From Mobula hypostoma (Eukaryota), in NCBI RefSeq assembly GCF_963921235.1, contig NC_086108.1, positions 33,854,001 through 33,918,000 of the forward strand: DNA of 64,000 bases, given 5' to 3'. Positions 27,420-40,603 of this stretch are shown here, one piece after another (the stretch's first letter is position 1; each line of letters starts with the position of its first letter). The position numbers and the translations under genes were made by a program. The notes beneath the pieces are model-generated. The model did not search any database. It worked only from the letters and a program-made list of their open reading frames with translations, and was not told where the DNA came from.

Positions 27420-28860
27420 GACCGGGGGTGGGGTGGGCGGGATGGGGGTAAAGCCGAAATCCCCGGGTCAGGATTGAACTGGGGGCTCGCTCGAGCAAGA
27501 AACCCCAACTTCTGCATGCATCTTTCTTTCATCCGCCCCGTCTTATCGCGTCGACTACTTTCCGCCGTGGAAATTTACCAAATGAATTCGCACTCCCGAG
27601 GGGGCGGGGCGGGAAGGGAAGCCCTCAGTCATTTGATGGCCGGAGGCACCAGTGTGGAGCGGATGTGTTTAAGGACACGTTTTACTACAGAAGGGCCATT
27701 CACGCGCTGCTCCCATCTTCCAGCTACAGAGGTTTTATTCCCCGCACCCATCCACCCAAAGCCTGGGCCGGTTCGCTCTCACCTTCCGCTTCCCACGTCG
27801 GCAGTTGCTCCCGATCCCGGGTGATGCTGCCTTGTACTTCCTTGGGCACCGGCTCCATGTGCTCGTCCACTTTCTGCTGCTCCTGCAGCGCTTCCGAGCC
27901 CTGCACGGCCTGGCGGAAGAAGCGCATGATTTCGGGGAAGTGGCAGGCGTCGAGATCGGCGAGCAGCTCGTCACGCTCGGCCTCCTTCAGCCCGTCCCAG
28001 AAGTGGAGCAAGTGAGCCTGGCCGTCCGCCGCCAGCCGCTCGCGGAGCCGGAGCCCGTTCCCGTCCCCGTCCCCGTCCATCGCGGGCGGGCGCCCGGGGA
28101 GACTCGAGCAACCGCTTGAAAAAGAGCGCGATCCGGCCCGGGCGCGTCCCAGTCGCTCGAGCGGGGAAAACGCTCGCGAGCCGGTGCAATACCTACCGGT
28201 GTAAGAAATGTATAGCAATTTTGGCTAGAATTGAACGAAATATCAATATAGGGGAGTGGGAAGAGTGCAAAATGAATGATCTTCCGCACTGCGGCCGCCT
28301 TTAAACGGTGAACAGGGCCCGGGTTTTTAAAGAGAGAATAATTTTACAAAATTGCCTTATTAGCAACAGACAGAAATAGTCAACCCACAGCGCTGATGGT
28401 ATTTCTGCCACTCCACGTCCGCTGCAGGATATTTAAAGTCAGTCATCAAAGGTGCCGGCAGCCAGTGAGAGCTGGTGAACTGGGATGATCGGGGCCGGGT
28501 CCGACCCGCCTCCCTGCCCTTGTTCGGTGTCAGGGCCGCCTCCTCCCACCCACAAACATACATACATACTGGCATATTCATTCCTGACGTGTGCCATTGC
28601 CTAGACACCGGATTGCCACTTTATATTTTAAAAAAGCACAATAGATTCTAGAATTCGAAAAGAAAAGCAATAGATTTTGCAAACAATCAGCAGAAAGAGA
28701 AAAAAAGAGTCCCTGCTTCAAGTAAGGGACCCCGGGTCGCGTTTGGTTCACATTCCTACTCGACACGTAGGATTACCTCTCTACAACATTACTTCTGTCG
28801 GGGATTCTGGGGGAAGAAGTGGTGTGCAAAATACTCTCAAAATGTCTGGTACTATCACGG
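27420..28860. promoter_or_regulatory. CpG island / probable UAP1 promoter region
   Basis: Dense CpG and high GC against an AT-rich, CpG-poor background. GC boxes (GGGGCGGGGCGG near 27601) and ACGT-core motifs at 28413, 28585 and 28762. Confidence 0.8.
27783..28080 (-). CDS. UAP1: UAP1 first coding exon (298 nt)
   Basis: ATG at 28080 in Kozak-like GCGATGG. Translates MDGDGDGNGLRLRERLAADGQAHLLHFW...MEPVPKEVQGSITRDREQLPTWEAEG, like the vertebrate UAP1 N-terminus. Phase-1 donor G|GTGAG at 27782. Confidence 0.95.
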
Positions 28861-29272
28861 GGAAATAAAACATTGTCTTGTCAATTACCTCCCAATACAA
28901 GCTAATGATTTATCAAGGGGAAATAAAAGGAGCCGATTGATGACGAATTCTTCCATCAATTTCCTGGTCATGAAAACGTATAGTATACGTGTCCTTTAGA
29001 CAAACGAATAGATGTGGGCACATGCAGGCTATTCCCTCAACTCATTTTTTTTTGGTCTGTAAGCTCATAACAGAGAGGATGATCAGGTCCACGCGAGTCC
29101 TCGGAGTTGTCAATACTCAAGGGTGAAAGCAATATTTTAAAAAAAACATGACTAGGGTTTGCGAGTAGCATTGGGAAGCATTTAAAATGTTTCGAAATTC
29201 TCAACAAGAACTGGAGTGTTCAATTCTCAACGAGAAAGTGGATGACCAACAAGGTCATCCACTTTATTTCTA

Positions 29273-30998
29273 ATGCTGCGTACATTTGTATCAGTCTTCA
29301 CAGTGGAAGACATTAGCAACATACCTGATAGCCAGAGATCTCAGGGAACAGAATTAGGTACAGTCAAGATTACCGGAGAGAAAGTGCTTGGGAAGCTAAA
29401 TGGACTAAGAATAGATAAGTCTCCCGGACCGGATGAGGTGCACCCACGGGTTCTGAAAGAGGTGGCTTTGGAGATTGTCGAGGCATTGGAAATGATCTTC
29501 CAGGAATCAATAGACTCTAGCATGGTTCCGGAGGACTGGAAGGTCGCAAATGTAGTTCCACTGTTTAAGAAAGGAGGGAGGCAGCAAAAAGAAAATCGCA
29601 GACCTCTCAGTCTGACATCGGTAGTTGGAAAGTTATTGGAGTCGATCCTCAAGGAAATGAAATACCTCGAGGTGCATGACAAGACAGGCCCTAGCCAGCA
29701 TGGTTTCATGAAGGGAAGATCCTGCCTCACCAACCTATTGGAATTTTTTTAGGTAATCTCAAATAATATTGACAAGGGAGAGGCTGTGAAGGTTGTGTAT
29801 TTGGATTTTCAAAAGGCCTTCGATAAGGTGCTGCATAAGAGGCTGCTTAATAAGATGGGAGCTCATGGAAATATAGGAAAGATATTGGAATGGGTGGAGC
29901 ATTGGCTGATAGGCAGAAAGCAAAGGATGGGAATAAAGGGATCCTATTCTGATTGGTTGCCGGTTACCAGTGGTGTTCCGCAGGGGTCGGTGTTGGGGCC
30001 GCTTCTTTTTGCAATGTATATCGATTATTTAGATTATGGATTAAATGGTTTTGTGACTAAATTTGCGGATGACACCAAGATAGCTGGAGGAGCAGGAAGT
30101 GTTGAAGAAACGGAAAGGTTGCAGAGAGACTTGGTCGGTTTAGGAGAGTGGGCAAAGAAATGGCAGATGAGATACAATGTTGAGAAATGTACGGTTGTGC
30201 ATTTTGGAAGAAGAAATAATCCGGCAGATTATTATTATTTGGATGGGGAGAAAATTCAAAAGTCGGAAGTGCAAAGGGACTTGGGGGTCCTCGTGCAGAA
30301 TACCCTAAACGTTAACTAGCAGGCTGTATCGGTAGTAAGGAAAGCGAGTGCTATGTTGGCCTTCATTTCAAGAGGAATAGTGTATAAGAGTAAGGAGGCG
30401 TTGATGAGGCTCTATGGGGCACTGGTGAGACCTCATTTGGAATACTGTGTGCAGTTTTGAGCCCCCTATTTTAGACGGGATGTACTGATGTTGGAGGGAG
30501 TTCAGAGAAGATTTACGAGGATGATTCCCGAAATGCAGGGGCTAACATATGAGGAGCGTTTGTCGGCTCTTGCACTGTATTCATTAGAGAATAGAAAAAT
30601 GAGAGGGGATCTCATAGAAACATTTCAAATGTTGAAAGGGTTAGACAGAGTAGATGTGGAAAAGCTGTTTCCCTTGGTGGGTGAATCCAGGGCAAGAGAC
30701 CACAGTCTTAGAATTAGAGGGTACCCATTTAAAACAGAGATGAGGAGATTTTTTTTTATTAGCCAGAGGATCGTGGATTTATGGATTTCGTTGCCACATT
30801 CAGCTGCGGAGGCCCGATCACTGAGGATGTTTAAGGAGGAGATTGATAGGTATCTAATTAGTCAGGGTATCAAGGGATATGGGGAAAAAGCCGGAAATTG
30901 GAACTAGATGGGAGAACAGTTTAGCTGATGGTGGAGTGGCGGAGCAGACTCGATGGGTCGAGTGTCCTACTTCTGCTCCTTTGTCTTGTGATCTTGTG
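29273..30998 (+). mobile_element. Relatively young 5'-truncated CR1 LINE (RT)
   Basis: Three collinear ORFs with KSPGPD, YLDFQKAFDKV, GVPQGSVLGP, KFADDTK. Tail cttgtgat repeated twice. Confidence 0.95.
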
Positions 30999-31249
30999 AA
31001 CTGTCTGCCCAGAAATAAAATAACTCCTCAGGAAAAGTAATTAATTCCTGTCTAACAATAATGAGTAGAAATGACATTGGATAAAGGACGCATAAAAGTT
31101 GCCAATATACGTAGGAACAGTCCCTTCGTTCCACAATGTTTTGCCGAATTATTTATTTATTTAAAGATGCAGCGCTCGGAAAACGGTAGTCCTTAAGGCC
31201 CTTCGAGCCGCTCCCCCAGCAACACACCAATTTAACCCTAGCCTAATCA

Positions 31250-32487
31250 AAGTTCAAAGTAAAATTTATTACCGGAGTACATACAAGACATCGCATACAA
31301 CCCTGAGATTCATTTTCTATTGTAAACACCAGTAACTATAATCTGTGCAAATGCAGATATAAATAAATAGCAACAAATAACGAGCATACAACAGAATCCT
31401 TAAGTGAGTGTAGCTATCCCCTTTTGTTCAAGAGCCTGAAGGTTGAAGGGTAGTAACTGTTCTCGAACCTGGTGGTGTGAATCTGATGTACCTGTGCCTT
31501 CTACCTGATGACAGCAACCAGAAAAGAGCATGGCCTGGGTGGTGAGGATCTTTCATGGTGGACGCTGCTTTTCTACGGCAACTTTTCATGTAGACGTACT
31601 CAATTGTTGGGAGGGTCTTACCCGTGATGTACTGGACCGAATCCGCTACATTTTGTAGGATTTTCCACTCAAAGGCTTTGGTGTTCCCATACCAGGCCAT
31701 AATGGTTAAGCATCACGCTTTCCACCACACATTTACAAAAGTTTACCACGGTTTTCGATGACATGCCGAACCTCCGAAGACTCCTTAGGAAGTAAAGGCG
31801 CTGTCGTGCTTTCTTCGCATTAATATTGATATGATGGGTCCAGGACAGATCCTCTGAAATAGTGACACCCAGGAATTTACTGACCCTCTCTACTTCTGAT
31901 CCTCCGAAGGTTATTCTGGACCTCCGGTATCCCTCTCCTGAAGTCTACAATCAGTTTCTTGATCTCATTGACACTGAGTGAGAGATTGTTATGACACCAC
32001 TCAGCCAAGTTTTCAGTCTCCCTCCTGTATGCCCCTGTGATGCAGCCCACAACATTTGTGTCATCAGCAAAGTTGTATATGGCGTTGGAGCCGCACAGTC
32101 ATGGGTGTAAAGGGAGTTGACAGGGGGCTAAATACACATCCATGTGGTGCTCCTGTGCTGATGGAGATTGTGGAGGAGATGGTTTTGCCAATCCGAACTA
32201 ACAGGTGTCTACAAGTAAGGAAAAACAGGATCCAGTTGTACAAGGGGATGTTGAGGCCCCGATCTTGGAGTTTTGAGGGGACGATGGTGTTAAATGTTGA
32301 GTTGTAATTGATAAAGAGCATTCTGATGCATGCATCTTTGCTGTCCAGATGTTCCAGAGCTGTGTGAAGAGCCAACGAAATGGCAGCTACTGTAGACCTG
32401 TTGCTTCGGTGGGCGAATTGGAGCGGATCCAAGTCGCCATTCAGACAGGAGCTGATATGATTCAACACCAGCCTCTCAAAACACTTC
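31250..32487 (-). mobile_element. Rex1/Babar LINE inserted into an HE1-type SINE
   Basis: [21 protein letters not shown]. The SINE halves (31150-31249 and 32488-32660) rejoin to match 24921-25138. Confidence 0.85.
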
Positions 32488-33246
32488 ACAGGATAATTTA
32501 CAATGACAAATTATCTACTGTCCGGTTCGTCTTTGGACTGTGGGATGAAACCCGCGTAGTCACAGTGAAAACGTACAAACTTCTTCACAAGTGACTTCAG
32601 AATAGAACTCCGAATCGGACACTCCGAGCTGTAATAACGTTGCGCTAACCTCTACGCTACTATTATTATTAGTAATCAAATGTCCTTTCTGCCCACACAA
32701 TGCCCATATCTTCCTATTTCCTGCACATTTATCTGCATGTCTAAGTGCCTCTTAAACACCTCTATCGTATTTGCCTTCACCACCGACCCCGGCCGCGAAT
32801 TCCAAGCACCAACCATTTGCCCCGCACATCTCTGAATTTACCGTTTCTCACTTTAAATGCACGTCCTCCAGCTTTAGGCATTCAGATGAGCAGTAACTCC
32901 GAGAGTTAAGATATTTTCAGGCCGGTGATGAATTGATAAGATAAAATATGAAAAACAAATTAGCAAACTAATACATAAAATTGTGTAGGAACTCATACAA
33001 CATTGAAAACTATAGCATAAATAATGAGCCCCAGAGATACCACAAAGAAAGTTTAACGTGTAACAGAAATTGTTGACTTAGAATTTACAATGAAATATGT
33101 TGCACCTCTGTTTTATTGCTGTACCTTCCAGATTTAACCACATCTCTATTGAAAAGGACGTCGCAGCCTCATTCACCAACATCCCAGTGCCTGTTCGCTG
33201 ATGAACCTCCGGGAGCCGGAATCTCTCGACCTCTGCCATCAGCAAC

Positions 33247-33455
33247 ACGAGAAAATCTGCAGCTGCCGGAAATTCTGTGCAACACACACAAAATGCCGGA
33301 GGAACTCCAGCAGGCCAGGCAGCATCTATGGAAAAGAGTAGACAGTCGACGTTTCGGGCCTGGTGAGCTCTGATGAAGGATCTCGGTTTGAAACCTCGAC
33401 TGTTTACTCTTTTCCATAGATGCTGCCTGTCCTGCCGAGTTCCTCCCGCACGTCG
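33247..33455. mobile_element. 209-bp Penelope fold-back element with hammerhead remnants
   Basis: Exact 15-bp TSD tctgccatcagcaac (33232-33246, 33456-33470). About 65-bp inverted arms. CTGATGA...GAAAC core at 33370-33394. Confidence 0.85.
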
Positions 33456-35899
33456 TCTGCCATCAGCAACCCTGGCTCTCAGGATTTTTTGAAGTAGCTA
33501 GGCCTTCGACAAATCAGTTCAGGGGATTAGATGGGAAACTATACTTTAGGGTCTGGTACTGTGAGTTGCAACAGCTCAGGGTTGTAAATTAGCGCTGAGT
33601 GAGTACAGGCTCCAACCTTACGTGAAGAACGGCAGGACTGATAGCGATAGTCTACCATCTCCCTCTGCTTTCCCTTTACAATCTATTTTTCGGCAGTGAA
33701 ATACACTGCGGATTTCTACTGCTGTTACTGGATAGTAATGTCAAAAAATACGACCATCTTACATTAGAACTAATTCAAAATGATTGGACTTGATAACCAA
33801 TGTTTGAAAGATTAAGCAACACAAATATTGGAAGATCTCAGTATTTTGTTTCTGTTTCTCAAGATTTCCAGCGTCAACAGATATCGTGTGTTTATGATTT
33901 GGAAGAGTAACTTAACCAAGCAAAGAATATCATATCTAAAATATAAATTGAATGCTGCCTTTTAAGCTTCTACGAACACTACTTTATTTGCACTGCGTAT
34001 TGCAATAAATCCTAGAGATAAGAATGATCTAATCAAAGATCAAATTAAAACGCCAAAATGCCTAAAAAATTATCTATCCAATTATCTACAGAATTAAACA
34101 TTCTAATTGAGATAGAATTATCTAGTTATGTACGCCGATTAGGTACTCGACATGTAAACAATTGTCCGTGCTATTGCCTTTCCAAGGGGAGTCCTGTGTT
34201 TGGCTCGATAAACCTGTTTGGTGTAAGGCTGCTTAAAATGTTGACATTGAGCGCCCACGTGCTCTGTTTTACTAATCAATGAGATCAGCGCGGCGTATGA
34301 TTCGCCAGCTGGAGGGTGTGTCAGAATCTGCGGGGAGATCATCTTGTTGAATGAGTTACTGAAAGATCTGTATGAGTGCCATTACTGCCTAGCAGGACGC
34401 CAGATGTACTGTAGTCAACTTGCTGATGCTACAAAGTCAAGAAGGAAAGTGAGCCGCAAAGAAAATGAAACAGTGTCACAAAGGATGGACATCAAAACTG
34501 CCAAAGTAGCCAAAAGTATTTCTGCAAGAGTGTTAATATATCTTAGATAAAAGTGCAAAAACTGCCTCTTTAATTCACATCGGATAATTTTAAACACAGC
34601 CATTGGGTAAAACTGCCATGCCGTCTTCGGATCGTCAATATGATCCTATCTCTTAAATTTCAAAGAATATGGAGCCAACTTGTTTAGCCTGTCTTGTTAG
34701 AACATTACAGCACGGCACAGGCCTTTCGGCCCATGATGTTGTACAATCTATAGTTTCTCAATGTGAAAGCTAAATGGTACAATGACTTATAACATCTCTG
34801 AAGTTTCTTGAGAACCTCCTCATCAACGAGTGAGTGTGAATTTCATTGCTTTGCCTTGCCATAGCTCCTCCATGCATCTTCCTACCCAATGCATGCCACT
34901 TATTATGATACGCAATACATGCAGCTGATTAGTTACCATGGTGAATGGCTACCATTAATTTTAAAGACTCCTGATTGCTGTTTAAGCTCTTGGCTACTTT
35001 TAACACCCGGAGAATGGAATTATTTAAAGGAAAGTACATTTATTGAAGAAATCAAAGTTCTTTAAACAAGGTATCAATACAAGAAGTAGCAATTGACACA
35101 AACCAAATGATTTTGTTGTAATAATGGAAATGTGCAGGAAGTTTCTTGGTTTCATCTTGGACTGTCATTTTGCAGGTTTCTTAGAAACAGTATCTCATTT
35201 AGGGTGTTCCCTATTGTCCAGGTGGATATTTCTTCCTTCCTTCAGCTGAGCCGGAACATGATTCTAGTAGCCTTTATCTAATCTTCTGTTCTTCTTGACC
35301 CCTGTAGCCCTCATCATCTGGGTCTCCTTGCTGTTGTTCCTGTAGCACCAATTTATGGTTTACAGACCTATGCATCAGGTAGCATAATTCAGTGAATGTT
35401 CCACACTTCTTTGCCCATGTACTCCTGGACTGACGTGGGCAATAGAATCTCATTTCATCAATGACGTTTCCCATTATTACCCAGAATTACCTAGATATTT
35501 TCATTGTTCTTGTATCTGCATTCAGCAGGCATGGTGAACTATGAAGTGGCATGGACAATTATAGAAACCAGCCGTTTTGGAATTCTCCTCATGATTCATC
35601 AACAGCTGATAATTTAGGGAGTGGAAACTGGTTCTATTCATAAAAAAGGTCTAAGTTATTAATCATAGACCTTACGGACATAAGTGTGAACTTATTCCAA
35701 TGGTCTGAGATTAACTTTCTGAATCACAGTGTAGATTCCATTTATCCAGATTCACAGTGGATATTGTCTTCATTGCATGACAATTCAATGAAAGATGAAC
35801 TGAATAATATCAACCACTGTATACAACCTTTTTTTACCACTCTTAATCATTCAAAAGGATGGGACTTGTACTGAACATCCACAAGTCAATGGTCCTCTC

Positions 35900-36640
35900 T
35901 GATCTGCTCCTGGGAAACCATTCTTCCTTCCAATAATAAGGTTCAGGGCAAGACCTTGGAAGATGTGGATTACTTCCTGTATTTTCGATGCCATCTCTTG
36001 ATGAAGGCAAACAACAATGATGAAATTCACCATTGTGATCAAGCTCTCAGATTTGGCAGAGAAAAACACCTTGTCTACTGAGCAGCAATGATCTCTGTCC
36101 TCTGAGAGCTGGACTAATTTCAGCAGGAACTGAAAAAAAAAATCTCACCAATGCTGTTTCTGAAAATTCCTCGAAATTCATTGGAAAAACAAGCAAATCA
36201 ACATCAATGCCCTCTCCCAGGCCAATATCCCTTGGAATAAAGTCCTCGTCTCTCATTCAGTGACACTCAGAAGGTCACATCATTTGTCTAACCTGCTGAA
36301 ACAATCTTGCTATTCTGAGCTCTCTCATGCAAAGAATTTACCTGACAGATTCAATTATATCCTCAAAGTCCCCTTGGAGAAGTGCAACATCTCCATTGAG
36401 TCCTGGGAATACCTGGGCCCTGACTCCTCAGATGTTGGAAGGAGAGTTTGGGATTATCTTGAGAAGTACATTAAGAGCACACAGAATCCCTGATTAGGAG
36501 GCAAAAGGAGCCACTGTTTTTCAATTAACTATTGACTCCTTCTCCATCACCCTCCTCACCCCCCCCCAACACACACATACCCTAGAGTCAGCTGCCACCT
36601 GCACCACCTGTGGACAAGTTTGCAGTCCCCACATTGAGCT
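35900..36640 (+). mobile_element. Decayed RTE-clade LINE 3' fragment
   Basis: YSELS...LK..LEKCNISIESWEYL, and a C-terminal C..C motif near 36600. Confidence 0.6.
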
Positions 36641-36747
36641 GCCAAAGGAAGTGGAGGATACAATTCAATTTCAACATTTAAGTGAAATTTGGATGTTTAT
36701 GGAGGGGAGAAGTGTGGAGGGCTATGGTCCAGGTGTGGGTTGACCAC

Positions 36748-37170
36748 GCTAGGAAGAATAATATGCTGGAGGAACACTGTAGGTCAGGCAGCATCTATGG
36801 AAATAAATCCATAGTTGATCTATCAGGCCAAGACCCTTCATTGGGACTGGATAGGAAATGGGAAGCAGCCAGAATAAGCAGGGAGGCGAGGGGATGAAGG
36901 ATAGCTGGAAGCCAGGTGGGTGAGAAAGGGTAAATGGCTGCAGAGGAAGGAATCTTATAGGAGAAAAGATGGCCTGAGGAGAAAGAGAAAGAGGAGGGGC
37001 AGCATGGGAAGGTGATAGCCAGGTGAGGAGAAGAGGCAAGAGGGGAGCCAGAGTGGGGAATGGAAGAAAGGGGATAAAATTACTGGAAGTAAGAGAAATC
37101 GATATTCATGCCATCAGGTTGGAAGCCACCCAGACAAAATATGAGGTGTTGCTCCTCTAACCTGAGAGTA
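36748..37170 (-). mobile_element. Penelope-like 3' end with degenerate hammerhead
   Basis: Minus strand encodes RLEEQHLI...QPDGMNIDFSYFQ, followed by a pyrimidine-rich UTR and CCAATGAAGGGTCTTGGCCTGATA. Confidence 0.8.
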
Positions 37171-38182
37171 GGCAGAATAACAGTTTGACATTGACTAGAT
37201 GGGTGGAAGGACCTGTTTTCTGTGCTGTATTGCTCTGTGACACTTTTGAGCTCATTCGTAGCAACTAACAGGGATTGTGTTTTCCCCAGCAGTTAGTTGT
37301 TAAGCACTCATCCAATGCATTCCTCAGAGATGACAGAGCTGGAAGCATAGCATTACTGCAGGCATCTGGATGGGTGTGTCGGGGACTTAAGGAAATTGGG
37401 ATAGATGTTGTTCTCTCACTTACGTAGTCCTTCTGGAGCAAGGATGATGGAAATTCACTTCTCGGCTTTTGCATTTCTTCAAGGCAGTTCTAGACATTTT
37501 CTTGTCAGCCTGGTAATCTCTTCACGTGACAGAGCTCAGAAGAACATCAGTTTCAGGACTTGGACATCAGACGTGCAATTAGCAAGCATTGACTTGTCCT
37601 TCTGGTGAAGTTAATGTGTTTATCTCATAATCCCACCTCAGAACCACAAATCCCAGTGTGAAAATGCTATAAATAACCCTTGATCTTCAGCAACTGCCTA
37701 AGAAAGAGGTGAAAAATATTTTTGTCATCTGCTCAGAGACTACCCAGCCCTCCCTAGTGGCATGTCACACCTCTCCCAAAGCCTCCAGTGATGCCATGCA
37801 GTCTGCAGCTTTTGCTCTGTGGAAAGCACTGAATAAACAGCTCAGCAGATAACTGCTGGAAAAAAACACTTCCTGTTAGTTGTTGCATGTGTTGCAGGCC
37901 TTGAATGTTGCTTAAGCAGTCTGTAGTCATTCAGAAACTGTCCACCAAGTCTCTTGATATCAGCAGGTTCTGACTTTAAACAGTAGGAGAAATAAAACAA
38001 ATGCATGTTATGCTTCTGATTCTGCAAAGGCTGTCCCAATGCAATTGTTGTGCAAAACCTTGAGCTCTTATCTATGCTTGAGCTCCAATTTATGTCACAG
38101 TGGAAACTTATATTGCATAATGAATGATCTCATTAGGTGTAGTCCTGACTTTGTGAGAATGGGTTGTGTGATAATATGTGTC

Positions 38183-39063
38183 ACACACAAAATGCTGGAG
38201 GAACTTGGCAAGTCAGGCACCATCTACGGAGAGAAATGATCGGTCAAAGTTTTGGATCAAGTTCCTTCATCAGGACTGGAAAGGAAGGAGACAGAAGCCA
38301 GAATAAGAAGGTAGAGGGAGGGATAGGAGTAAATACAAGCTGGCATGTGATGGGTGAGACCAGGGGAGAGGAAAAGACAAGGGCAATGAGAAGGTGAATA
38401 GGAAGTGAGGAAGTGGGATAGAGGATAACCAGATTGAGGAATGGAGAAAGAGAAGGGGAGGGAAGAGAAATTGCCAGAAGTTAGAGAAATTATATTCATG
38501 CTATCAGGTTAGAGGCTATCCAGATGGAATATAAGGCATTGCTCTTCCAACCTGAGTGTGGCCTCATTGTGATAGTAGAAGAGGCCATGGACTGACATGT
38601 CGGAATGGCAATGGGAAGTACAATTAAAATGGGTGGCCATTGGGAAATCCTGCCTTTCGTAGTGGACAGAGTGAATGAACTCGACAAAGTGGTCTCCCAA
38701 CTCGCATTAGGTCTCACCGATGTAGAAGAGGCTGCACCAGGAGCACCAGATAAGTAGATGACACAGATGAAGTGTCGCCTCACTTGTAAGGATTCTTTCG
38801 GGCCCTGAATGGTGGTGAGGGAGGAGGTGTAGCACTTGTCACACTTGCAGGAGTAAGGGAAATCTTTGGTTCTCCTCACATTTCTTCTCCTCTCCTATTG
38901 GATTCCTTCTTCTTCACCTCTTCACCTTTACCTCTTCTACCTATCCCCTTATATCATTTTATTTCAACCCTCTTCTTCCACCCACCCACCTTCCCACCTC
39001 ATCTGGCCTCACCTATCACCTACCAACTTAAACTCCTTCTCCTCCCCTTCACCTTCTTATTCT
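38183..39063 (-). mobile_element. Penelope-like element (GIY-YIG C-terminus) with inverted arm
   Basis: LFYIGET, MATHFN, LRLEEQCLIFHL. Plus-strand inverted copy of the 3' UTR from ~38870. Degenerate hammerhead at 38240-38278. Confidence 0.85.
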
Positions 39064-39179
39064 TGAATCACTTCTTCTTTACCTTCTAAACTTGAATCAC
39101 TGAAGGACACAACAGTTGTAGCAGGGCCTGAATGTTTTTTACCTCTTGAAAAGTGAAACCAAATGACACAGGTGACAAG

Positions 39180-40603
39180 GCTTTCCTTCCAGATGAACTC
39201 AATGCCTTCTTTACTTGCTTTGACTATTAAAACACAAACTCCCACAGCTCTCAGTGACCCTGTGATTTCAGTCTCTGAGGCTGACATAAGAGCATCCTTC
39301 ACGGTGAGTATCCAGCCCAAACCTAACTGGGTACTGTGCTGATGAACTGGCTGGAGTGTTCACCAAATATATTTAACCTCTTGCTTTAGCAGTCTGAGGT
39401 ACGCAACTGCTTCAAGTAGGCTTTATTTATACCAGTGCCTAAGAAGAACGTGGTAACCTGCCAGTAGCACTTACATCCACAGTGATGAAGTGCTTTGAGA
39501 GGTTGGTGATGACCCATATCAATTCCTGCCTGAAAACAACTCGGATCCACTCCAAATTGCCTACCCATACAACATGTCCACAGCAGATGCCATTTCATTG
39601 CCTCTTCACTCAACCCTGGAACATCTGGACAGCAAAAATGCATACATCAGGATGCTCTTTATCATTTACAGCTCTGTATTCAATACTATCATCCCTCACA
39701 TCTAATCAATAAGCTTCAAGACCTTGGCCTCAGTACCTCCTTGTGCAATTAGATCCTTTATTTCCTCCACAATCTCCATTAGCGCAGGTGCATCGCAAGG
39801 CTGCGTGCTTACCCCTGCTCTGCTCACTTTATACTAATAACCGTGAGGCTAAACACAGCTGCATTGCCTTAGTCACTGCAAGTTTGCTGACAGCACCACT
39901 GTTATCGGCTGACTCAGAAGTGACGACGAACCGGCAATAAGGACAGAGATTGAAAATCTGGCTGAGTGGTGCCACAAAACAACCTCTCACTCAATACTAG
40001 TAAAACCAAGGAGCTGATGATTGACCTCAGGAGGAGGAGCCTGGAGGTCCATGTAGAGGTCCTCATGGGGGGATCAGAGGTGGAGGGGGTCAGCAACTTT
40101 AAATTCCTCAGCGTTATCATTTCTGGGGATCTGTCCTGGGCTCCGCATGGCAGCGCTTCTACTTCCTTAGAAGTTTGCAAAGATTTGCTGTGACACCTAA
40201 AACGTTGACAACCTTCTGTAGATGTGTGGTGGAGCATACTGACTGGTTACATCAAGACCTGGTATGGAAGCACCAATGCCCTTGAACGGAAAATTCTACA
40301 AAAATTAGGGGAGACGACCCAGTCCGTCACGGGTAAAGCGCTCCTCACCATTGAGCACATCTATAAGGAGCACTGTTGCAGGAAAGCAGCATCGATCATC
40401 AGGGACCCCCACTACCCAGGCCATGCTCTCTTCTTTTTGCTGCCATCAGGAAGAAGGTACCAGCGTCTCAGGATCAACACCACCATGATCAGGCACAATC
40501 ATTACCCCTCAATCATCAGGCTCTTAAACTAAAGGGGATAACTTCACTAAACTTTACTGGCCCCATCACTGAATCATTCACACAATCTATAGACTCACTT
40601 TCA
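39180..40603 (+). mobile_element. Rex1/Babar LINE (3' UTR resumes at ~42528-42750)
   Basis: [36 protein letters not shown]-like and LLPSGRRY motifs. Confidence 0.88.

Noticed and set aside
28081..28218. ORF-track N-terminal extension of UAP1 (MLYISY...)
   Set aside because: Starts at a non-ATG codon and has no UAP1 similarity. The ATG at 28080 has good context.
27474..28304. Multiple overlapping ORFs on both strands
   Set aside because: By-product of the GC-rich CpG island and antisense frames of the UAP1 exon.
34240..34410. Small CpG-enriched patch with a CACGTG E-box
   Set aside because: Too short, with no associated gene; cannot support a regulatory call.
35274..35474. 66-aa minus ORF in unique sequence
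   Set aside because: No recognisable homology or convincing exon boundaries.
37415..37610. Strong minus-strand donor (GTAAGTG) near 37420
   Set aside because: The upstream frame has stops, with no clear acceptor or protein similarity.
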